From: Octopus vulgaris | Lineage: Eukaryota | Assembly (NCBI GenBank): GCA_951406725.2 | Contig: OX597823.1 | Location: 45,694,001-45,758,000, forward strand | DNA: 64,000 bases | Direction: 5' to 3' | Shown: positions 54,749 to 64,000 of the stretch, piece by piece | How positions within the stretch are numbered: position 1 is the first letter of the stretch | How the letters are laid out: each line of letters starts with the position of its first letter | Program-made: the position numbers and the translations under genes | The notes under the pieces: generated by a model | Told to the model about the DNA's origin: nothing | What the model saw: the letters and a program-made list of their open reading frames with translations, nothing else | Database searches by the model: none

Positions 54749-57036
54749 CAGAAAGGATCTGTCTTCCATCGACTGGTCTTTTACTCTCAATTCCCCTCAT
54801 ATTGAGACCGCGTGGCAGCACTTTGAAGCCATTGTCACCGACACATGCTCTAAACACGCTCCCAAGAAATCTACTAACACAAACAGAAACCGGCTCCCTA
54901 AAAAGAAAAAAAACACTCATCAGGCGCATCAAAAGACTCAACAAAAAAATCAACCAATTAAAATATTCCCACACGCAACATCCACATTCAACAACAATGA
55001 AAAGACTAGAGCTGGAAAAACTTCATCTGCAGACTAACATGAAAACCTCCATTGAAAATCAAAGAGCTGTGGAGGAACAATGGGTAATCAAAAACATCAA
55101 ACAGAACCCAAAAGTGTTCTATTCTTATGCAAATAAGCATAGAACCACTGTCTCACCTATTGGGCCATTGATTGATGAAAACGGCATTCCCCAACACGAT
55201 GCTAAAGAAATGGCAGAAATACTGCAGAAACAATATTGCTCTGTCTTCAGTGTTCCCACTGATATTGATGTGAGGGAAACGAACGAAGCTGACTCCCAAC
55301 ACAAAATCGCAGACATAACCTTCACTGCCACCGACATCGTAGCAGCAATAAATGAGGTCAAACATTACTCTGCTGTAGGCCCTGATAGATTTCCCGCCAG
55401 TCTCCTGAAGGAATGTAGATATCAACTTGCAGTCCCTCTGACCAACCTCTGGAGAAACTCGTTAGACGCAGGTTATATACCGAAAAAGTTTCTATCCCAG
55501 TCGGTCATCCCGGTTTTCAAACAGGGAAACAGATCCCTCGCAGTCAACTATCGCCCAATCTCACTCACCTCCCACATCATTAAAGTGTTTGAAAGAGTGT
55601 TAAGATCAAGGATAGCTGACTTCCTGGAGACCCACAAACTCCTAAATTCAAATCAGCATGGCTTTCGCTGTGGCAGGGACTGTCTAACACAGCTCTTACA
55701 CCACATTGAAGATGTACTCAAAGCCTTGGGAACAGGTTCGAACTCTGACGTCATATACCTTGACTTCAGTAAAGCGTTCGACAGGGTAGACCATAACATC
55801 CTACTCTCAAAATTGGCAAATGTTGGAATCCGTGGAAAAGTTCTACACTGGATTCAGTATTTCCTAGCGAATAGACACAACATGTTGTAGTTGATGGAGT
55901 CCACTCAAACCCAGCAAAAGTCACCAGCGGTGTTCCCCAGGGAACTGTTTTGGGTCCGCTACTCTTCATAATTTATGTAAACGACCTTTCCAGTGTCGTA
56001 CATCACTGCAAAGTGAAAATATTCGCTGATGACACTAAGCTCCAGCAAATCGTCAATGAAGAAGCAGACCGAACTCAACTCCAGTCTGACCTATATGCTG
56101 TGAGTCAATGGGCAGACAGAAACAAAATGCAACTGAATGAGGGAAAATTTGAGCTGATGCATTTTGGAAGAAATTCCTCACTAAAACAACCATACTCTCT
56201 TCCTTCAGGGGAACCGCTCACAGCCTCTAACAATATCAGAGACCTGGGTGTAATTGTTGATGACGATCTCAGTTGGAGTGCACACATCAACAAGAAGGTC
56301 GATACAGCTCGTAGGATGAGTTCCTGGATCTTAAGAACTTTCCGGTCCAGAGAACAAGGTGTCATCATACCACTTTTTTCATCCTTTGTACGGCCACACC
56401 TTGAATACTGCTGCCCACTGTGGTCTCCTCACACAAGACAAAACATCTCCAGAATTGAGTCACCCCCAGAGGGCTCTCACTAAACAAATTGAAGGCATGG
56501 CTGCTCTCGACTATTGGGATCGCCTTAAAGCCTTGAAACTTTACTCCCTCCAGCGTCGCCGTGAGCGGTACATCATTTGTACGATGTGGAAAATATACCG
56601 CCAACTTTGCCCAAACGACCTAAACATTAGCTTCAAGGTTCATCCGAGACTTGGACCACGGGCTATACGTCCCCTGCCAAATTCAAGATCACAACATACA
56701 TGTACACTGCAACATAATTTCTTTTCCTCAACAGGCCCTGCCCTATTTAACATTGTCCCGAGGGAGATCAAAGAGGAAAAGGATCCCATCAACTTCAAAC
56801 AGAGTCTGGATAGACTCCTTCAAAGAATACCAGATAAGCCACCCATAATTGGATACAACTCACCCAACAAGAACTCACTACTTGAACAAAACTGGATACA
56901 ACTTACCCAACAAGAACTCACTACTTGAACAAAACTTGACTTAAACAGGATTCGAATAATCCTATCAGGTGGTGCTATTAAGTTAGACATGGCCTGGACC
57001 AATCTCTGGTCGAAACATATCTAAGTTTTATCTAAG

Positions 57037-57040
<4 letters not shown>
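54747..57040 (+). mobile_element. 5'-truncated CR1/L2-group LINE with near-complete reverse transcriptase (frameshifted), inserted in (TA)n
   Basis: RT motifs NYRPISLTS, QHGFR, IYLDFSKAFDRVDH, SGVPQGTVLGPLLF, IFADDTKL, VRPHLEYC; frameshifts near 54900, 55880 and 56460; ends in (ATCTAAGTTTT)x2; TA runs on both flanks. Confidence 0.95.
54802..56928 (+). pseudogene. LINE ORF2 reverse transcriptase, split over three ORFs (54802-55890, 55950-56483, 56359-56928); endonuclease domain missing
   Basis: Consecutive ORF-track translations join into one RT plus C-terminal domain. Confidence 0.9.
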
Positions 57041-57075
<35 letters not shown>

Positions 57076-58021
57076 TTATATATATATATATACTTTGGTA
57101 CAGTCTAGCAATAATTAATTCTACTTAATGGATTGAGAAAAGTTGATGGCGTGAGCATGTTAAAGTTTTTGTGGTATTTTCAAACCGGAATTCTCGTTCA
57201 AATACTTGCACTACAGCGGCCTCAAGTAAAGTCAATAAACTCTGGAGTCCGATAAAGCTAATAACAATAAATCAGAAACAATAAATCAAGCAGACAATTA
57301 ACGTTAAATAAATTCTATCTTAACCATTCACGGCAATTAGATTTATTTAGTATTTCAGAAACGCTTCTCTAGTAAAGGTTTAAATTTTAAGGCATGTAGC
57401 TTAACTCATTTAAATATAGAAATTTTACCTATCTAAATACTATTGGTACTGTCAGTATTAAATTGCCTGTAATTCTGTATACTTTTTATAAATTTCAGTT
57501 ATAAAACAAAACAATTCAATTTTATTGAAAATCCTTAAATTTAGCGGGCAAGATATCTTTCTGAAGCGGCTTCATTTAGAAGGTGTTTTATTTGTTATCT
57601 AGAAATTGTTTTGCAGCATTTTTAATCGATTTCCCTGGAATTAAGTTTTTCGATGATGCTAATGAAAACATTAATGGTGATGATGATGATTTATGTAAGC
57701 AAGGAAATAATATCATGAAAGTGAAACTACAGAACGACAGTACCAAAGATAAAAGTTACTCAATCAGTCCGCAACTTTGACTCCTGTGACTGCAAATATT
57801 GTTTGCATGCTAAAAGATGTTTTACTCGAATCAATCTTCTTTATGACCAGCTCTGAATAAGTTAATAACGCATTGCATTAATTCGGTGAAGAGAAGGCTC
57901 AGAGCTGATATAACACTTGTATTAATCTCAAACAAGAAAGTGCTTTGAATATAAAGTTCAAAATGCGTTATCGATGTTTTTTTTAAACATTACCCCAAAA
58001 TATATTATTTGGTATATACAC

Positions 58022-58070
<49 letters not shown>

Positions 58071-58074
<4 letters not shown>

Positions 58075-58435
58075 ACAGTATCGCCCGGCGTTGCTCAGGT
58101 TTGTAAGGGAAATAACTATAAAGCATTTTTAGAGAGTTATAGCCAAAAAACAGCAAAAAATGGAAAAAAATGATGGTAAATTTTTTTTTAGTTAAAAAAG
58201 GTGGAGTTGCGTCCCCTAGACAGTTTGCGGTTTGTGTTTCTGATTCTCGACCCCATATCGAATTTATCGATTTTTTTCAGAACTGGGGGAACTTTTCAAA
58301 ATTTTCGCTGCGTTAGTTTTGAATTATGACATTGGGCTATGTGTGTGTCAAGTTTCATCAGAATCGGTTGAAAGCCGTGGTCAGGGTGAGGGTACGAGCA
58401 AACAGACACACAGTAACACGCACAGACAAACTGCC

Positions 58436-58445
<10 letters not shown>
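58071..58445 (+). mobile_element. non-autonomous Helitron/Helentron-like element (Lep1/HINE-type architecture)
   Basis: Starts TACTACAGTATCGCCCGGCGTTGCTCAGG; 3' AAGTTTCATCAGAATCGGTTG, ACAGACA repeats and TTTATATATA; sits in (TA)n. Confidence 0.65.
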
Positions 58446-58494
<49 letters not shown>

Positions 58495-58578
58495 CCTCTA
58501 CACTCACCTACAAAGATATACACACAAACACACAGGCACGGACACACACGCACACGCATATGTATATGTATATATATA

Positions 58579-58727
58579 GCGCAGGAGTGGCTGTGTGATA
58601 AGTAGCTTGCTTACCAACCACATAGTTCAGGGTTCAGTCACACTGCGTGTCTTTTACTATAACCTCGGACCGACCAAAGCCTTGTGAGTGAATTTAGTAG
58701 ATGGAAACTGAAAGAAGCCCGTCGTGC

Positions 58728-58760
<33 letters not shown>

Positions 58761-58835
58761 TGTATGTATGTATGTATGTATGTATGTATGCATGTATGTG
58801 TGTATATGTTTGTGTGTCCTGTGTTTGTCCTCCCA
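58579..58835 (+). mobile_element. SINE family 1, 5' half with internal (TATG)n
   Basis: GCGCAGGAGTGGCTGTGTGATAAGTAGCTTGC head; reverse complement of the other copies. Confidence 0.88.
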
Positions 58836-58873
58836 TTTGAAACCAGCATTTGTATGTTCAAAAGATAGTGATC

Positions 58874-59058
58874 TAGCAGAATCGTTAGCGAGCCAGGTAA
58901 AATATCTTGCAGCATATCATCCGTTTCCACGTTCAAATTTGGCCGAGGTCCACTTTGACTTTAATAATTTAGGGTTCGATAAAATGAGCACTGGGGTTGA
59001 TATAATCGGCTTACATCCCTCCCCCGAAATCGCTGGCTTTTGTACCAAAATTTGAAAG
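58874..59058 (+). mobile_element. degenerate SINE family 3
   Basis: GCAGAATCGTTAGC, GTTCAAAT..GCCGAGGTC, CGATAAAATGAG, CTGGGGTTGAT. Confidence 0.75.
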
Positions 59059-59308
59059 CAATATTTTTAAATGTTGCCCAAGTTGTCTACAGTTTGAGCA
59101 ATTGTAACTTTGCGGAGACTTGTTAGACTACATGCGGTTCATTCTGTCAAATATATATTTCGATGTAAAGTCCTTCTTAGATTTCTGCGTCATTGTTCCT
59201 CGACTTATAATGCGCAATACCATGGTGCATTTGATGTAGGGTTGTGCATTTTATTTGATCTTACATTTAGCACTACTTACACATATTAACGTCGTAGTCC
59301 TTCAATAT

Positions 59309-59695
59309 GTGGAAGCACTCCGTCGGTTACGACGATGAGGGTTCCGGTTGATCCGAATCAACGGAACAGCCTGCTCGTGAAATTAACGTGTAAGTGGCTG
59401 AGCACTCCACAGACACGTGCACCCTTAACGTAGTTCTCGGGGATATTCAGCGTGACACAGAGAGTGACAAGGCCGGCCCCTTGAAATACAGGTACAACAG
59501 AAACAGGAGGTAAGAGTGAGAGAAAGTTGTGGTGAAAGAATACAGCAGGGATCACCACCATCCCCTGCCGGAGCATCGTGGAGCTTTTAGGTGTTTTCGC
59601 TCAATAAACACTCACAACGCCCGGTCTGGGAATCGAAACCGCGATCATATGACCGCGAGTCCGCTGCCATAACCACTGGGCCATTGCGCCTCCAC
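59309..59695 (-). mobile_element. SINE family 2 variant (tRNA-Arg-like head, alternative middle), 10-bp TSD
   Basis: TSD CCTTCAATAT at 59299-59308 and 59696-59705; head GTGGAGGCGCAATGGCCCAGTGGTTA..GGACTCGCGG..GTTTCGATTCCC. Confidence 0.92.
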
Positions 59696-59788
59696 CCTTC
59701 AATATAGAGACTTATTGAATATTGATGTATGGGGGTTTCTATATTCGATTTAGCGGTTTAGATATGTCATTATATTACAATACATAAG

Positions 59789-60180
59789 GCGGAGAGCTGG
59801 CAGAATCGTTAGCACGCCGGGCGAAATGCTTAGCGGTATTTCGTCTGCCGCTACGTTCTGAGTTCAAATTCCGCCGAGGTCGACGTTGCCTTTTATCCTT
59901 TCGAGGTCGATTAAATAAGTACCAGTTACGCACTGGGGTCGATATAATCGACTTAATCCGTTTGTCTGTCCTTGTTTGTCCTCTGTGTGTTTAGCCCCTT
60001 GTGGGTTGTAAAGAAATAGTTATTTCGTCCGTCTTTACGTTCTGAGTTCAAATTCCGCTGAGGTTTTTCATCCTCTCGGGGTCGATAAAATAAGTACCAG
60101 TTGGGCACTGGGATCGATGTAATCGACTATTTCTCTCCTCCAAATTTCAGACCTTGTGTCTATAAGTAGAAAGTATTGTT
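59789..60180 (+). mobile_element. dimeric SINE family 3, 14-bp TSD
   Basis: A full unit, then a headless second unit from ~60021; TSD TTACAATACATAAG at 59775-59788 and 60181-60194. Confidence 0.9.
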
Positions 60181-60718
60181 TTACAATACATAAGTTACAA
60201 GTCTTAGACCAATAAAATTGCTTCGGAAAGATTAAATCACCTGAAAGACTTTTTGATAAAATTGAAATATTACTACGCAAAAGCAAAATTTAGTTCACGT
60301 TTCCCATAACTACTAACATGGTTACAAAAACAAACAACCAGAATACATTCTTGATAGCAGAATGCGCAATACTTTTATAATCACCTTCTTTGTATCCACT
60401 TTTAATAGAAATTGATTCATTAAAATATTTTGAGTTTCGGTTTAGGATTTAAAAAATTACGATGGGTTGTCCAAATTTCGTTAAGATTGTACAACACAGG
60501 AATCGCCCACTTATAAATATTCATTTATCTCTCAAACACGTGAAAGCGTCAATATATATAATTTGTTCCACTGAGAAGCATCTATCAATACTAGATTAAC
60601 TTAAAGCTCTCCGGGATTGAGCCTCTCTTAGATAATACTTATAAGAGGATTTGAACTGAATACTTCAAATGAAAGCAATGTTTAGCCACCATACAATCTT
60701 GGTTTAATATAAATTAAG

Positions 60719-61041
60719 GCCCTTCGTCGTTTGCAATGACGAGTGTTCCAGGTGGTCCGATCAACGGAACAGCCTGCTCGTGAAGTTAACGTGCAAAGTG
60801 GCTGAGCACTCCAAAGACACAGTATTGATGATGTAGTTCTTAAGTAGATTCAGCGTGATACAGAATGCGGAAAGGCCGGCCCTTTGAAATACAGGCACTA
60901 CTCATTGCTGCCAGCTGAGTGGTTTGGAGCAACGGGAAATAAAATGTCCAGTTCAAGGACACAACACACCGCTGTGTATCGAAATCGCTACCTTACGATC
61001 ATGAGCCGAATACCCTAACCACTAAGCCATGGCGCCTTCAC
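60719..61041 (-). mobile_element. SINE family 2
   Basis: Colinear with 4957 and 46762; imperfect TSD TT(A/G)ATATA(A/C)ATTAA on both sides. Confidence 0.88.
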
Positions 61042-61453
61042 TTGATATACATTAATCGACACCTGCACATACAGACAGTCCCAACGCCGGAGATTTATAT
61101 TTAATTTCTCGAAATAATTTCCACTTATCTTTGCTGCGAGAAAAAATTTCGATATGAAGTAAAATTTGTCGAGAATATTTGTGGTCGACATTCAACATAG
61201 CGCCATAAACCCGGATTACCTAAATCCATACCACTGGTCTCATTGATTTATTTGCCATATTTCACTTATGTAACATAAGCAATTCTTTTTTTTTACTTGT
61301 AAAAATCCGTGAGCAGATCAAAATAAGGTTGAGAATGGCACATTTTAGAACGTATCCATAGCTACTACTTTTCCTGTAGAGTGGGGAGCATTATACGGTC
61401 GGTTGCTAAAAAGTCATGGAAACAGAAACAAGATTAGGCGTAATGCAGCTGTT

Positions 61454-61455
<2 letters not shown>

Positions 61456-61532
<77 letters not shown>

Positions 61533-61550
61533 CCTATCTATCTATCTATC
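61456..61550. repeat. (TATC)n microsatellite
   Basis: Directly visible. Confidence 0.97.
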
Positions 61551-62350
61551 TCCACCCCTCTCTCTTACTATATATATATTATTTTGTGTGATATGTACGA
61601 TTAATATTAACCCATGCTCACGTTCTTCATGTGTTAAATATCAATACTAGTATATAATAATATAGCGATAGCTATTATGAAGAGTATGGTTTATATCTTC
61701 ATAAGTATATATATATTTTTTATTTATATGAGACGCACTTTCTCCATAAATATCTTTTTTATTTTAATCGAGGGATTGTTGTATGCAATTTATACAACTG
61801 TTTTTCTGCAAGATGATTTCTTTGTTTTCGTTTGTATAATAAAACCATGTGTTCGTTCTATCACTTTTGAGAGTAAATATTACTTCTCTACGCGAACTTA
61901 TTGCTTGGAAACTAATGAGTGGTTGAAAACCGTTAGCGTTGAGTGTGTAATAGTATATCCCATAGGCCTGTAGTCATAAAACGTTAATTACCTACATGGT
62001 TTTTCTGACCTTTTATATGTATAATTCGGCGCAAGGATTTAAAGCGTTGTGGTTTTACTTCAATATTATTTATAATGCGGAGGGAAAAATACCTTCGCTG
62101 GAGAGGGTACATGAGATAATAGACCAACGGATAGCGACGACTTGAGCTATTTAAATGCTACTTGAAACTTTGTTTTCTACAGAAAGCACACATATTAACC
62201 AAATATAATCCTAGTTGTTAAGTAAAACTGATTTTCTGCTATTGAAGGCATCCTTTCGACAAGGTCAGTTTTGTATACAACAATAAATACCTTAGTGACA
62301 TGTTCTTAATAAATAACATATTCTTAGTCACATTGATGAAAATATGAGGG

Positions 62351-62361
62351 CTACTACTACA

Positions 62362-62443
<82 letters not shown>

Positions 62444-62447
62444 TTAC
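62351..62447. repeat. (CTA)n microsatellite
   Basis: Directly visible. Confidence 0.97.
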
Positions 62448-62865
62448 TTTTGAAATATAAACCGACTATTTATTTGTTACAAGGACAGAGGAGTTACAAA
62501 CGCGAAATGCCCCCGTCCCACCAAAAGGTGTTGTATTGAACGACAAATATATATATATATATATATATGAAATGTTAAATTACTTGACGTTTGTATAAAT
62601 AATATAATCAGATAATATTCCAAAAATAATAAATTAACACCATCCAGGAGGAGACTGGATAATCCACAAAAACTTGATGGAGGGCAACACAAAGGTAAGT
62701 CGCTTCTAGTTTGCAGTCAGTGTAATCTTTGTATGGAATTCAACACATCTTATTTTATTCCGACAATCAGATGAATGTCATGTCAAAAGCTGACAAAGAG
62801 AGATTTGTTAGAAAATAAAAAGGCAATTCCTGACTCAAATCTTGTAGCTTGTTCTCCGCCATCTT

Positions 62866-63162
62866 TTATCTTTTATCTTTTATTTGGTTCAGTTATTAGG
62901 TTACGGTCATGCTGGGACAATGTTGTGAAGAGGTTTTAGTCGATCGGATTGACATCAGTAATTTTTTTTCTTTTAAGCCTGTTATTTATTCTGCTGGTGT
63001 GTCGACAGGCTTCTTTCAGTTTCCGTCTATAAAATCCACACACAAGAAATTTGGTCGGCCTGAGGCTATAGTAGAGAATACTTGCCCAAACTGATACTCA
63101 GCGAGATTGAATTCACAACCATGTGGTTAGGACGCAAACTCCTTACCACAGGGCCAAGCCCT
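62866..63162 (-). mobile_element. degenerate SINE family 1
   Basis: GGCTTCTTTCAGTTTCCGTCTA, GAGGCTATAGTAGA..ACTTGCCCAA, ACCATGTGGTT. Confidence 0.8.
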
Positions 63163-63827
63163 AGTTTGATTCTTATCAACACGACACTAAAGATAGCTTC
63201 CACACTTCTTTGAACAAAGAGTTGCTGCAACTAACAATAAATTTCTCCACATTGATCCTGTCAACTAACTAATCCCTTGTGCTGTGTCAACATTTTACGA
63301 AGTGTCCTGTAAACGCCTTGACTTCAAAATCATATATTTATATTTATATGTAGAAACATAAATCCAGACATACCCGTTTTAATCAACACGCACAGCAGTT
63401 TGACACTAGCATGAACTATATTTATTGGACGTCTTAATATTGAGTGATGAATAACTCGGATTTCACTCTCCAATTCTTACTGGAAACAACGTCTGTTTTT
63501 ATTTGCAGTATGTGGCCGAAGAACCAATCACGTAGACGTATTTTGTATCCATTTAGACATGACAAATTATTCTTTGCCATTAAAATACACTTTACAATGA
63601 AAAGTGGGAATAGCAACGAAAATTTATCTATATCGTACATGCTTTCAATCTGTCCAATAAGTAGTCGATAGCATTCATTGAAGAGAATTCCTGTTGAACG
63701 TTAAAAAATTATATTTTATTCATTTACACACACACACACGTATACGTGCGCACACACATACTTCCCCCGCCGAACGAACTTCACCGTAGAATATTTGCTT
63801 AAGCAAACCACCACTATCTCATAAGAA

Positions 63828-63887
<60 letters not shown>

Positions 63888-63888
63888 C

Positions 63889-64000
63889 GGCACTCCGTCG
63901 GTTACCACGACGAAGGTTCCAGTTGATCTAATCAACGGAACAGCCTGACATTAACGTGCAAGTGACCGAGCATTCCACGGACGCATGTGCCCTTAACGTA
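63889..64000 (-). mobile_element. SINE family 2, 3' end (runs off window)
   Basis: GCACTCCGTCGGTTAC..TCAACGGAACAGCCTG matches the 59309 copy. Confidence 0.85.

Overview
This is AT-rich, repeat-saturated eukaryotic DNA, either intergenic or a large intron. The tRNA-derived SINE families and extreme microsatellite density point to an octopus (coleoid cephalopod) genome; that is an inference from recognising the repeats. No intact host gene is visible, and almost all ORF-track entries are microsatellite artefacts. Retroelements: three SINE families (about 25 copies, several with clear target-site duplications), two 5'-truncated CR1/L2-group LINEs (one of 2.3 kb with a nearly complete RT), an RTE remnant and an R4/Dong-like remnant. 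DNA elements: several decayed Tc1/mariner and pogo/Tigger fossils, a Helitron/Helentron-like non-autonomous element and several fold-back/MITE-like hairpins, one filled with telomeric (CCCTAA)n. The most interesting signal is a set of six short (about 200-400 bp) non-coding inserts in or next to (TA)n microsatellites. Each carries a type I hammerhead-ribozyme-like fold, and two carry the compensatory U3-A8 core. This suggests microsatellite-targeted Penelope/retrozyme-like mini-elements. Possible decayed CUB-domain coding segments lie on the minus strand (33.5-35.1 kb, 41.7-42.3 kb). All family calls are by-eye motif recognition, and boundaries of degenerate elements are approximate.
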